A model generated the notes under the pieces. It was not told the origin of the DNA. It ran no database searches and was given only the letters and a program-made list of their open reading frames with translations. Position numbers and translations under genes: made by a program. From the NCBI RefSeq assembly GCF_009914755.1, contig NC_060929.1: DNA of 64,000 bases. One strand, given 5' to 3'. The first letter of the stretch is position 1. The number at the start of each line of letters is the position of its first letter. Source of the stretch: the human T2T-CHM13v2.0 reference genome, Homo sapiens. Of the stretch, positions 25,787-40,539 are shown one piece after another.

Positions 25787-26519
25787 TAAACACCCAGTTA
25801 GAAAACGTTTTATGGACACGGAACGCTCCACTGTAACGGGCAGGCAGAACACACTCCTTTCCCAGGCTCATCAATTAAACAGAAAACAGGGGAGCTCTCC
25901 TCACCCCAGCCTGGCCCTGTGCTCCCCAATGGCCCCTGCGAGGCCCCTACCATGGCCTGCCTGGGAGACACAAACTATGACAGGAACACACTGGACTGAT
26001 ACAGAATGAGGCCAGACACACCCATGCCTGTGCCTCCCAAGAGCGACCCCAGGACAGTGGGGCAGACAGAGGTGTCTACACTGGCAGAAACAAGGGCTGG
26101 AGCCACACGTGATGCTCGGACACAAACGGCACGCAGCTCTGCAGCCTGGCCACACACCCTTCGCGTATGACTCCACTCCTCAGGGTTCACGGGGCTGTGT
26201 ACAGAGACTCTCTCTGCTGACACGATGGCCACACGCCCTTCGTGTATGACTCCACTCCTCAGGGTTCACGGGGCTGTGTACAGAGACTCTCTCTGCTGAC
26301 ACGATGGCCATATGGCCTTCGCGTATGACTCCACTCCTCAGGGTTCGTGGGGCTTGGAGACTCTGCTGACATGATACCACAGACAATTCATTACCTCCCC
26401 GCGGCTGCTTCCCGCATGCCAAAGGGGACAGGATCAAAGTCCTTGTCTGATGACAAAAACTCTACACGTGCAAAATAAAACTAAAAAAATAAAATAAAAG
26501 AGCTGAAGGTGGTCTAGAG
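25787..26519 (-). other. BRD9: BRD9 3' UTR (left end approximate)
   Basis: Follows TAA; U-rich tract at 26470-26500; only variant CATAAA hexamers (25808-25813, 25746-25751) seen as poly(A) signals; end position inferred. Confidence 0.6.
26147..26375. repeat. 79-bp tandem repeat, about 2.8 copies, in the BRD9 3' UTR
   Basis: gtatgactccactcctcagggttc occurs three times at 79-bp spacing. Confidence 0.9.
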
Positions 26520-26620
26520 TTAGGTCTTGGCAGAGGCCGCAGGCTCTGGAGACTGAAGAAACTCATAGGGGTCGTGGGTGACGTCTGGCTGCTCCCCGAC
26601 ACTCAGGCGAGAAGGGCTTC
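26520..26620 (-). CDS. BRD9: BRD9 exon 16, last coding exon (GSPSRLSV...ASAKT*)
   Basis: gcag|GAAG acceptor; TAA at 26520-26522; the 16 exons sum to 1794 nt. Confidence 0.95.
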
Positions 26621-27465
26621 CTGCAATTTTCAGAACACAGGACTTCAACACACAGGACAGACCCGCAGCACACGTGGGGCTCCTGGAGCCCAAGGTCTGC
26701 TTCCTGACCTACCGCCAGGGCTCAGGGACTCCCAGGACACAGGGGCACCTCTCACTCCCTGCCAAGGAGAGCTGTGTGTAGAGACCCTGGAGCCAGGGGT
26801 CGCCCTGACCCAGCACACAGCACGGATGCTGCTTCTGAAGGAGAGAACGCTCCTTGGCCAGGAGTCCCTCAGACACAGCCCAGACCTCAGGGCAGTTCCC
26901 AAAGTCATACTGGGATATCGGGGGCCTCAGACTTTGACCTACGGCCCTCCAAAGCCTGCTCCATGCACTGTTAACACCCTGATCACAAGGTCAATGGAAT
27001 CGAAAATACCGGCCTTTTTGCAGATGGTTGCAGCTAAACCTCTGCAGCTGAAGAACTGCCAAGATTCACTCTGCCGACAGAGTGATCCAGTGTTTACAAG
27101 TGGGAACAAAACCCCACCCACCAAAACCACTCCAGGACACATGGCCAAGGAAGCCATGCTCTCTCCCCAGCAGAAACACTGGAACCAGGGTCCACAGAGG
27201 GCACAGGGGTGGACAGAACTGGGGACGGTATCTGGCAGAAAGCCTGTAACCCAGCGTGCGGCCAGGCCAGCATCCCAGCTCCGCTCCGGCTCTGCACCGA
27301 GGCCGCGACCCAAGGACATCTGTGGAAACCGACCTCCACAACAGCACCGCTGCCCATGCAGCCTCCAGCCTTCCCACAACTACAATGCTGCCCACTACCT
27401 CGTCTAGACGTCACACTGACTGTGCTGGGGTCTCTGGGGATGCGGCGTGGGTGGGGGCATCTCAC

Positions 27466-27633
27466 CCAGGTGGTGCTGGTCCCTCTCGGAGGCGTTGGAC
27501 AGGGAGCTGAGGTTGGACGACGGCCGAGAGCCGCCGCGCTCCGCCTGTGCTTCGTGCAGGTCCTGCAGGAGCTTCGTCGTCTCATCCAAGTTCAAATGGC
27601 TGTCGTCAGGGTCCAGCTCCTTCTTCACCTTCC
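27466..27633 (-). CDS. BRD9: BRD9 exon 15 (GKVKKELDPDDSH...DQHHL)
   Basis: acag|GG acceptor, TGG|GTGAGA donor, 168 nt; ORF 27404..27658. Confidence 0.96.
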
Positions 27634-28484
27634 CTGTGTAAACAGGACATGACCCCACGTCGGCTGAGCTCAGCCGGCCCGTCTACCCTAAGGGCAGGAG
27701 CACACTGCCCATCCAGACAGGCCTCTCTGCTCAGGACAATAATTGCTCTGGAAACTGAGTGGACGAGCTCACAGCAGACAGGTGGACAGGCCTGGAGGAC
27801 AGACATTACCCTTAGCAGTGAGTGAAGGGAAGGCAGACACCCAGCGTCCTTTGCTCAAGCAAAGCATCAGACAAGACCTAGCACCGCACAGACCACGTCA
27901 TGGCACGCACAGACACCGTGGAGGGATGTGGCCACAACCCAGGATGGGCCTGGTGTGGGCTCCTGTCCTCAACACACAAAGGCCAGACAGCTGGATGGAG
28001 GGTGCAAGAGGCCGGCAGACCCTGGTACCCGCCCAGTTCACTGTGGAGCAGGTTCCAGGCCACAGCCATCGGGGACCCAGCACGTCCAGCTGAGAGGTGG
28101 AAAGGATGAGCTCCCAGCCCACTCCTGAACTGTGCACCAGACATGCCAAGAACCTGCACACAGGTCTGTGGTCACCTGAGCCCCACCAGCCAGGGGACCA
28201 GCTTCACCCTCCCCGGGGTGACTCTGGGCTTACCCTGACAATGCCTGGGGAAGGTCCCACAGAGTCTAAGCCACTTCTCAAACTCAGAACAAAGGCCGCC
28301 AGGCCTCAAAGGTGTGTAAGCAGACCTATCACCCAACGGCATCAACTACAAACTCCACCTGGTATCCAGTAAATGATTCCAACACACACGAAGGAGCAGG
28401 AAAACACAGCCCCAAACTAGGAGAGACTCAAAGCTGATATCAGGGAATCAGTAGACAAAGTGTAGTAACAGTGACTACAGACAT

Positions 28485-30385
28485 GCCCTGTAGAACTGGG
28501 TAATGAGCAGAGGCTAGAACAGCTGGGAGAACTTAAAGACAGGAAGATGAGGGAAAGTTTGGAACTACCTAGAGACTTCCTGCATGGCTATGATTCAAAT
28601 GCTGATAGTGATATGGACAGTGAAATCCAGGCTGAGGTGGTCTCAGATGGAGACGAGGACCCCATTGGGAATGGGGGCAAAGGTCACTCTTGCTATTCTT
28701 TAGGAGAGACTGACAGCACTGTGACCCTGCTCTAGAAATCTGTGGAACTTTGAACTTGAGAGAGATGATTTAGGGCACCTGGTGGAAGAAATTTCTAAGC
28801 ACTAAAGCATTCAAGAGGTGACTTGGCTGCTTCTAAAAGCCTATGCTCACTTGCACAAACAGAAAAATGACCTGAAACTGGAACTTATATTTAAAAGGGA
28901 AGCAGAGAGTAAAAGTTTGGAAAATTTGTACCCCTGCCATGTGGTAGAAAAGAAAAACCCATTTTCTGGGGAGGAATTCAAGAAGGCTGCAGACATTTGC
29001 GTAAGTAAAGAGGAGCCAAATGTTAATACCTCAGGGACATTTCAAAGACCTTTGCCCAGACACTGCCATCACAGGCCTGGGGGTCTAGGAGGGAAAAGGG
29101 CCCCACTACTCTGTGAAGCACTGGGACATGTGCCATGGTGCTCTGTGTCCCAGCCATGGCTAAAAGGGGCCAAGGTACAGGGCTAAAAGGGTCGATGCTT
29201 CAGAGGGTGCAAGCCCCAAGCCCTGGAAGCTTCCACATGGTGTTGGGTATGTGGGTAGGCAGAAGGCAAGAGCTGAGGTTTGGCAGCCTCCACCTAGATT
29301 TCAGAGGATGTATGGAAAAGCCAGGGTGTCCAGGCAGAAGTCTGCTGCAGGGGCAGGCCCTTCATGGAGAACCTCTGCTAGGGCAGTGCAGAGGGGAAAT
29401 GTGAGGTTGGAGCCCTCACCCCACACAGAGTACCCACTGGGGCACTGCCTAGTGGAGCTGTGAGAAAAGGGCCACCGTCCTCCAGACCTCAGAATGGTAG
29501 ATCCGACAGCTTGCACCATGCCATCTGGAAAAGCTGCAGGCACTCAACACCAGCCAGGGAAAGCAGCCACAGAGGCTGTACCCTGCAGAGCCACAAGGGC
29601 GGGGCTGCCCAAGGCCGTGGGAGCCCATCCCTTGCATCAGTGTAGCCTGGATGTGAGACAAGGAATCAAAGAAGATTCTTTCGGGGCCTCAAGATGTAAT
29701 GACTGCCCTGCTGGGTTTCAGATTTGTAGCCTGCTGCCCCTTTGTTTTGGCTGATTTCTCCCTCTTGGGATAGGTCTATTTACCCAATGTCTGTACCCGA
29801 TTTGTATCTTGGAATTAACTAACTTGTTTTGGATTTTACAGGCTCACAGGCAGAAGTAACTTGCCTTGTCTCAGATAAGACTTTGGACTGTGGACTTCTG
29901 AGTTAATGCTGGAATGAGTTAAGACTTTAGGGGACTGTTAGGAAGGCATGATTGTGTTTTGAAATGTGAAAAGGACAAAAGATTCGAGAGGAGTCAGGGG
30001 CAGAATGATACAGTTTGGCTCTGTATTCCTGCCCAAATCTCATGTTGAATTGTAATTCCCAATGTTAGGGGAGGGTCCTGGTGGAAGGTGATTGGATCAT
30101 GGGGATGGATTTCCCCCTTGCTGTTCTCTGTTCTCATGATAGTGAGTGACTTCTCATGAGATCTGGTTGTTTCAAAGCACTTCCCCCTTTGCGTTCTCTC
30201 CTGCTCCGCCATGTGAAGACATGCATGTTTCTCCTTCATCTTCCGCCATGATTGGAAGTTTCCTGATGCCTCCCAGCCATGCCTCCCAAACAGCCTGAGG
30301 AACTGTGAGTCAATTAAACCTCTTTCCTTCACCAATGACCAGTCTCAGGTGGTTCTTTATAACAGTGTGAGGACAGACTAACACA
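28485..30385 (+). mobile_element. MaLR MST internal sequence plus 3' MSTA-type LTR (30006-30385), 5'-truncated
   Basis: gaagatgagggaaagtttggaact internal motif; LTR TGATACAGTTTGGCTCTG...ACTAACACA. Confidence 0.9.
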
Positions 30386-31172
30386 CCACAGCACATCAGC
30401 ACCAAAGCCCATCAGCACCAAGCTGCTGAGAAGTAGTAATAAGGACAAAATCTTAGAAGTGCTGAGAAAAACAGCTGCTGTGCAGAAAAGTGCTGTCACA
30501 GCGGCCTGGGGCCAGGGTCCCCTGGAAGGCAAGGCCAGCCACGGCTGGCATCTGGGGTCCCCCCCAGTGCTAGGGATTGTTCACAGCTCCAACAACAGGA
30601 GCAGAGTGGTTTATGCTAAAGTTCACCTTCCCTCCGGGGTCTGGACTTTGGTACCTGCCTGGCAAGGGGGTGCCCTGTGACCCCGAGCACCAAGCCTCTG
30701 ACGGGCTTCCCTGGTGGGCATTTCACGTGTGTTGTCACAGCTCACTCCTGGGAATTAAGCGTGTCCCATGTGCCTCTGCTGGAAGTGGATCTGGGCCTCA
30801 CGCTGGGTTTCCTTGGATGTCACTCTTGTCCCTCTGCTGCTGTTGGCACCCTTCCCCTATAATAAATCACGGCCATAAGTGCCTGAACAGAGCCAGCAGA
30901 GACAGGTGGAACGTCACCACGCAAAGCAGTGGGACCCATGGATCCAGGCACCACAAATGCTGCTGGAGGTCAGAACAGCTCGGGGGCGCTGCACCGGCAG
31001 CCTCCCAGGTGAGGGCACAGTCTCCAGGATGGCCCCACCGGCTGATGCCAACTGAAAGCCCCAGGCTGTGGTCTGTGCTTCCGACTAACCAGCTATCAAA
31101 TGGGGTTCCCAGAAGACCAGACTTGAGCTCTATGAATTTCCTAGAGTGACTCACAGAAGTCAGGGAAACATC

Positions 31173-32053
31173 TGTAAATGAAAAATAAAATTCTAAGCCC
31201 CATGGACTGAACGGATTCCCACTCTTGGCCAAGGGCACTCCAAAGTCAACCTGGAAAATGAGGTCAGGCCATGATGTGAAGCGGGACTGGACTTGCCTCA
31301 TTATCCCCTCTTTTGGAATTCAGGCACAGCTGACCAGCATTAACTTTAAAACAGAAATCTGAAGGTTGACAAAGCAGACTCCGTGGTAATAAGACACCAA
31401 ATTCCGATCCGACTTTAGTACAGCATCACGTGATAGATGGCAGGCCCTGAAAGAAACTGAGTATTTTATCTCAAAATATATCCCTTTGACATATTTTGAA
31501 ATAGCCCTGCAAAGCTGTATCTTGTGGGAAAAATCTACATTCTGTAGAGAATCTCCTGCCCCTTCCAAGTCTCTTCCTGACCCAACAGAGATTTAACTAA
31601 CAATCTGGTACCTTTGAGGGCCTCATGAGTGATGTTTGCCATCTACTCTACTCTTTTTGAAGCCTGCTACCTGAAGGCTGAATTCATCTATGTGACAAGA
31701 ACCTTGGCTTCTACAACTGCTTATGTTAACCATGCACATTTCTTTCTGACTTCAGCTCTTCAGAGCTTAACCCTTTCAACCAAATGCCAATCAGGAAATC
31801 TCTGAATCCACCAACGACCCGACATTCCTCGCTTCAAGTTGTCCCGCCTTTCCAACACGAACCACTGTTACAACTGACATGTACTGACTGATGTCCTCTG
31901 TCTCCCTAAAACATATCAAAACAAGCTGCAGACCAGTCCTCCTCGGCAAATGTTCTTGGGACCTCCTGGGACTGTGTCACAGCCACGGTCTTCGTATTTC
32001 ACTCAGAAGAAACCTCTCTAAATACCCTGCAGAGTTTGACTCTTCTGTCCACA
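31173..32053 (+). mobile_element. Solo MER4-group ERV1 LTR, ~880 bp, antisense to BRD9
   Basis: TGTAAA...AAAATAAAATTCTAAGCCCC start and AGAGTTTGACTCTT...CA end typical of MER4. Confidence 0.85.
31297..31456 (-). other. BRD9: BRD9 poison (NMD) exon 14a inside an antisense ERV1 LTR
   Basis: Tandem AG acceptors (exon starts 31456 or 31446), GAG|GCAAGT donor at 31297, stop codon with either acceptor; fits the known SF3B1-mutant-induced ERV-derived exon in intron 14. Confidence 0.85.
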
Positions 32054-32524
32054 CACTAGGCTGACATTTACCCATTTATTCTGCGGGGTGTCACCCAGGG
32101 TACGGATGGGCCCCAGGTGGGAGCGATGCAGAGGGGACCCGTGGGAAGGGGCTGCCTTCTTCCCAGAGCCTCCAGGCGTCCAGCAATGAGGCTCCCTAGG
32201 GAACCCCACCTTTTGGGATTTCATGGAGGCAGTAGGCAACACTGATGAAATCCACAGCCACTGGGGATCGGCCAGACCCCATCCTGAGGTTACCCAGGGG
32301 CTGCAACCACTTCTCATTAGCTTAAAAAAGACACAACACTCAGGAGATTCCAAGGATTTTAGGAGCTATGGTCCAAAAACCTGGGACAAAGACCAAATAC
32401 CGTAACAAAAGATTTTCCTGGCATCCCTGTCTAGTCAGGAAGGGAGAGGAGGTGGAGGCCGTGTGTTTTCTTCCTCTATCACACCTTCACCAGGTGCTGT
32501 GGGAAAGTGCCTGTTACAACTCAC

Positions 32525-32627
32525 CCAGAGAGCTGAGCATGGAGATATCCACAGAAACGTCGGGATAGGACTTCATCGACATGAACTCCAGAACAGAGCT
32601 GCTGCTGTCTCCTAGGGTGTCCCCAAC
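32525..32627 (-). CDS. BRD9: BRD9 exon 14 (VGDTLGDSSSS...MLSSL)
   Basis: acag|GTTG acceptor, TGG|GTGAGT donor, 103 nt. Confidence 0.95.
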
Positions 32628-33577
32628 CTGTGGAGACAGACACACATCAAGAGCAATTCAAACATCAAACGAAAAACGAAATGTTACTTCACACTCGCTA
32701 TTGAAATCACTCTAATTATTTGCTAAACGTGAACCCACCCCTCAGTAAGTGACAAGACCAAGCCCTGTTCACTGAGGCTGCTGTTCAAGGGACTGTCAGG
32801 TTGGAGCTCATGAATGGATATGCAAATCCATGTCAAAGAAAAACCTACTGAGACCAACAACGCAAACTAACAATCCTTTGTTAACTTTTTGGGGCTAAAG
32901 AAATTGGGGAGGGACATTATGCAACAGGAAGACACACAGAATTTTAGGGTCCAGGACTATTTCTCAGGCACTTCACAGAGCACACAACGTTCCCTTTCCT
33001 TTCCCAGCAAGGCGTGTCCTCAGGGCTAGACTACAGCCACCCTAACACATACTCTCTCATCAGCTCCCTGCAGCTCGGCCTCTGCCCTCAAACAGATGTT
33101 AAGGGGTCTCTCCAGGTTCCCAGGGACCCTGGACCAAAGCCCAAGCCCATGCCTGCTGACTGTCAGAGACACACACCTGCCAATCGGCAGGTGCAGCAGT
33201 CTGGGCTCACAGCACTGCCCTGCCAGCACTGGCCCCAGAGCCCACTGTGCTTGGGACAACACCTGCTACTCACCAAGCAGGTCCTGAGAAGGCCCATCCT
33301 GCCCAACCCTTGCAAGGGTGTCCCACAAGGACAGCACCCAGCGGGGCCAACTGCTCTGAAACTACCCATTTCTGGATTTGGAAGAATGTACTGCGGCTTC
33401 ACACCACTCACCTCAAGTCATGAAAAGAGGAGGAGAAACACTATTGATCTTACTGATCAGAAACGGACTCCATTTCTAAACGCCGTCATACACACAGACC
33501 TCCCCACCTCAAAGGCTGGATACAACTTTCCCTGTGAGAATAATATTTGGCTTGCCCTTCCATGTTCAAAAACTTAC

Positions 33578-33616
33578 CTTGGCTTCATCTGGAGGCTTCA
33601 TGGGAACATTTCTTCT
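33578..33616 (-). CDS. BRD9: BRD9 exon 13, 39-nt mini-exon (RRNVPMKPPDEAK)
   Basis: tcag|AGAAG acceptor, AAG|GTAAGT donor, phase 0-0. Confidence 0.93.
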
Positions 33617-34048
33617 CTGAAAAGTAAATGAGGACAGAAACTAGTTTTTCCAGAGTGATTTCATAGAAACGGACAATTCGCTGACATTACACACACGTAA
33701 AAATGGCTTGTGCGCTTCTGCGAATTCTGCTCCCCAGTCACACCATCTTAATGGATTAAGGCTGGGGGTCCTCCAAACCTTCTTCATCACCAGTCACTGA
33801 CCCAACCACGCCCAGCCCCCTCCTCAGCGCCAGGATTGTGTGCCGGGGACAGCGCTCCACAGGGCGAGATGGAGCGGACAGAGAGAGGACGCCGATGCTG
33901 TTTCGGCAGCCTTGGGTGGCTTAAAACAAAAGAAAAAAGATGTGCCTAGATCCTATGGGAAGCTTAGGATAAGAAGGGTCTCGTGGGTTCCACCTGGAAT
34001 ATGACCAGTTGCCTGAGACCAGCTCGAGTCCTGCAGGGGCAGGTGTGT

Positions 34049-34170
34049 GCAGGAGCAAAGGAGGCAGACACCTCCTGGCAGTGCCTGTGGCAGGTGGGCC
34101 TGCCGTGGGCGCAGGAGCGAAGGAGGCAGACACCTCCTGGCGGTGCCTGCAGCAGGTGGGCCGGGCCGTG
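34049..34170. repeat. 62-bp tandem duplication in BRD9 intron 12
   Basis: gcaggagc...ggaggcagacacctcctggc.gtgcctg at 34049 and 34111. Confidence 0.85.
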
Positions 34171-34729
34171 CATTGTCTCCTTCCACAACTGTCGGCCTCC
34201 GTGGCACACCCGTCCTGTGCTCCGGTGGAGCGATGCTGTAGTATATGCACTCTATCATGTGTGATCTTTGTTCGAAATAATGTTTCTCAGATTCAATGAC
34301 ATCGATTTTCACAAGCTTTTAATTAGAAAATGAATACTGCTGTTTTGTTCGCATCTGTTTCCCCAAAAGCCTTCAGTCACTTTAGTCCTGAGCATCATTT
34401 ACTGCGGGGGTGCACTCGGGGTCACTCAACTCCATATCCAAGTTCACTTTCCCGAAAGGAATCTAACTGGAACCCAGAGAGGAAACCACAGAGCCTTCCC
34501 ATTTCCGGGCTGTGAGGGGGTCACTTTCCCTACCCCACAGCAATGCCTGATTCTAACGCTGTGTTGGGGGGGCCAGCTTCCTGCCTGGAAGGAGCCTGCA
34601 GGCCACGACACGGGAGGGTGACCAGAGCTCAGAGTCAGAACCACGAGCTGGTGGGGCAGGCTCTGCAGAGGGGGCTGCTCCTCAGAGCTGCAGAAATCTG
34701 CTTGGGGACTCCCGCCTGGCTGCAACCCT

Positions 34730-35814
<1,085 letters not shown>

Positions 35815-36159
35815 AAGCACAGATGAAACCGTCAGGTCAAGGGACTGACCCCTCCTTGGGAGCCATGAGCCAAACGTTCTCAGAGCCTGGGAAGGACAGA
35901 GACTCATCCGAACTCCACCCACAGCAGAGACCACGCTGAAAAGACAGGGCTCCCCGAAGGGCCACTCCTTAGCATTAAGGCTACACGAACCCTAGAATAA
36001 GGCTGCCCTGGACCCACCCCAGACAAGCCTGGTAGGATCCGGCCATTATCCACAAGTAACAACTGCCAAAATGATCATCAGTATTCTCTGAAAGAGAGAA
36101 AGAACCCAGATCAGCCTTGCCCAGCAGACATAACGCGAGCACACGCCTCGTTCTAAATG

Positions 36160-36313
36160 TTTTTTTATCTTTTTTTTGAGACAGGGTCTTGCTCTATTGC
36201 CTAGAGTGCGGTGGTGCAATCGCACTGCAGCCTCGACCTCCCGGCCTCAAGTGATCCTCCCACCTTAGCCTCCTGTGGAGCTGATGACAGGTGCATGCCA
36301 CCATACCCAGCTC
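36160..36313 (-). mobile_element. Alu monomer (FLAM-like) fragment
   Basis: T-tract followed by gagacagggtcttgctct...ccaccatacccagc. Confidence 0.8.
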
Positions 36314-36314
36314 T

Positions 36315-36565
36315 TAAAATTCTAGCTGCCACATTAAAATTACTCTTAACATTCAATTAACTAATGCATTTTACTTAGACAAATTTATTGAAGATGTTTT
36401 TATTCCAACATGTGGGCCATAAGAAATCGTTACTCATATTTTTACGTTTTTTGCATTAGTTTTTTAAGATCTAGTTTGTAGCTCACACATCACATCTAAA
36501 TTCAGACTGGCCACATTCAAATTTCCCAGCGGCCATGTGGCCAGTGCTTTTTTATCAGACAGCGA
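36315..36565. mobile_element. MER3/MER33-like hAT DNA transposon remnant
   Basis: ctagctgccacattaaaa...aattcagactggccacattcaa...catgtggccagtg. Confidence 0.55.
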
Positions 36566-36569
36566 GGGT

Positions 36570-37930
<1,361 letters not shown>

Positions 37931-38152
37931 GAAATAGAGAGTTACGAGTGCGCTGGGAGTGGTGAGCACACAGTCACGGTCTCCGGGGGACACCTGCCCG
38001 TGCAGAGAAGCACGCAGATCCTGACGAGGAGCCGGCAGCAGAGTCCCTGCGACAGCTCCTCGTCCCCGAAAGCCTGGTCAGGCTGCAGGCTCTTCCCGCC
38101 AGCAGCACCCCAAGGGCACCTGCCCCCCAACCCCGGTGCGAGTGCAGCCCAC

Positions 38153-38264
38153 CTGCTTCAGCTGGAAGAGCGTCCTAGAGTGGTCTCCGCCTGTGATCTG
38201 GTCCAGGAGGTCGTCCACCACTTTCTTGCTGTAGCTCCCAGCATCCTTCACAAACTCCTGCAGG
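38153..38264 (-). CDS. BRD9: BRD9 exon 12 (LQEFVKDAGSY...FQLKQ)
   Basis: ctag|CCTG acceptor, CAG|GTGGGC donor, 112 nt. Confidence 0.95.
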
Positions 38265-39734
38265 CTAGAGGGGCCGCGGGAGAAGGTACGCTGAAAGGAG
38301 CCCTTGTCGCCTGGCCCTCGCGGCAGCCCTGATCACAGAAGCCTGCCGTGCCAGCGCAGCTCCTCGGTCCCCGTGACCCTCCCAGAGCGGGTATTTTGTG
38401 GGGAGTGGCTGATAGTTTTCATTAGATTTTCAAAGTGGTCCATGACCCAAAAAGGTTAAAAAGATCTCAGTGGGGAGAGGGAGAAAAGCATGAATACACA
38501 TGCACACAGCCTAGAAACACACGTGTGCTATGTTATCATCTGTAAAAGAATACTCCTATCTTTCCACTCGTTATGCGTTTAAAAACACAAGTGGGTGTGG
38601 ACAGAAGCACACCAGTGGGCAGTGCCTGCCGGTGAGGAATGGGCGCGTGGGGCAGGGGTGGGCCGACACTTCCAAGGCACTCCTTTTAGTACCATCCTGA
38701 TTCTTGGCCATATACATGAAACAGCTTAAAAAATAAAATATAATACAATCTAAAAAGTAGGCCAGGAACAAAAATGCATAGTCTTAGAATCAAAGCACCA
38801 AGCAAGCGCCTCAGAAGGGCTCCCCAGACTCCAAAGACCTTCACAGAGAGGAACAAGGATGGCTGCTGGTCAGAAGCTGAACCACGGTCACAGGAGGCAA
38901 CAGGGAGACTCCGTGTCTTTGTTAAAACACCCACAGCCCGGGACAGGCCAAGCTCGGCACTCGCAGCGTGCACGGAAGCAGCACTCAGGGGCAGAGGATC
39001 TGGGTGTCTGTGCGCTGAGGCTGGCATGGGACCACGTAGCCTCATGCCAGGCCCTAGGAGATGTGCTTCTGAGTGTTGCCCCTGCAGCCACAAGGCAGGC
39101 GGGGTCAGAATGATCTTTCTTCACGGCAACATGGAACCTGATGCGTTCTAGGGACAGACAGCTGGGGAAGGCGGGGGGTGTGCACAGTCCACTGATGTGC
39201 CACATGGACAACAGGTGACTGATGTCCTGAAGGAGCCACACGCCGTGGACAGGGAGCCGACTGCGGACAGGATGGCACCAGGGGAGCCACGGCCTTGGCC
39301 CAGGCTGGGCAGAGGCCCCACAGCAGGGGTGAGGTGAGGGCTGGCGGGAGGGTGGGGAGCAAACAACTCTTTAATTTCTGACTTATGACCCCATCGTCTC
39401 CTACTAGAATTTCCTCTTCATTTTCCACGTTTACTTCATTTTTTGCTACAAAAATCAGGGTCAGGTTTTCACTTATTTTATGAAGCACTAAGGGGATTCT
39501 TGTTTATTTTTAAAACATATTCTGCATTCTTGTTGGAATAAAATGAAGACCTGATATGTCAAGATGCCATTTCTTAAAGGCTAGCAAAATTAAGTTGCTT
39601 TCTCCATTAAAAACTGCCAAATTTTACAAGAGTGACCCACTTTTATTTTGCCACAGAAAACAAAAAATACACACAGCAACATTCTACGGAAAAGCAGGCT
39701 GCTACATTTGTGATTTTAGTATTATACTTTAGCC

Positions 39735-40117
39735 TGCCATGGCCTGAATTGTATCTCCCGCTCAGAGTTCGTAAGTTGAAATCCCGACCCCAGTGCCTTG
39801 GAATGTGATTATACTTGGAGCTGGGGACTTTAACGGCCTTTAGAGGTAACTGCAGTGACATGAGGCCATTAGGGTGGCCCTGATCCAATATGACCAGGGT
39901 CCTTGAGAACGGTAGGGTCTCCAGGAGAGCCGAGGACACAGACACACGCAGGATGGCCCCGGGAAGGCACAGGGAAAAGACGGAAAGACGGCACCTGCAG
40001 GCCCAGGAGAGAGGGCTCGGGAGGAACCAGCCCTGCCCACACCTTCATGGCAAATGCCAGCCCCCAGGAATAAGACCCCAGTCTGTGGTGCTTTGTCACT
40101 GCAGCCTGAGCTAGCAC
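39735..40117 (+). mobile_element. MaLR LTR (MLT1B-like)
   Basis: tgccatggcctgaattgt...ggccattagggtggccctgatccaatatgac...aaccagccctgcccacacct. Confidence 0.75.
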
Positions 40118-40406
40118 GGTCACTTAGGAAACACAATTCAATACGATCCAGTGTGCTCAACACACCCCCAACCCCTTCACAAGCTACGCCCTGATCACCA
40201 CCTTCTGACTGAGTTACCCAGATTTCAGGACTGGCCTGTGGCAGACCTGTGTGGATGACTGAAAGCAACGGGAAGACCCAGGCTGCCATATGGACGGCTG
40301 CAAGATGGCTCTCTCCCCACCCGCACACATGTGGGACTCCACGTCCCACACCAGGGCACAGCTCAAGCTGCACAGCAGCCAAGGGCTCCCCGGGGCCGAC
40401 ACTTGC

Positions 40407-40539
40407 CTCAGCGCACACTGCACGCCTGTCTCATCTCCGTAGGCTGAGTAGAGCAGCTCCATCTCGTCCGACTTCAAGTCGCCAAATACTGAATTATTCT
40501 GCATCGAAAGCGCAGTAGTGGCACTGGAGAGAAAGGTGA
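40407..40539 (-). CDS. BRD9: BRD9 exon 11 (TFLSSATT...ELLYSAYGDETGVQCAL), GC donor
   Basis: ccag|TCACC acceptor, GAG|GCAAGT donor, 133 nt; DUF3512 region; ORF 40214..40504. Confidence 0.95.

Larger units (their letters stand above)
30480..32410. mobile_element. MER21-like LTR remnants flanking, and interrupted by, the MER4 LTR
   Basis: Recalled similarity (cacgtgtgttgtcacagctc; tgactcacagaa.tcagggaaaca; ggagattccaaggattttaggagc). Confidence 0.5.

Noticed and set aside
26470-26500. AATAAA cluster as the BRD9 poly(A) signal
   Set aside because: Wrong strand; it is a U-rich tract in BRD9 mRNA.
28547-29754. Several short ORFs
   Set aside because: Degenerate MaLR internal sequence, fragmented by stops and frameshifts.
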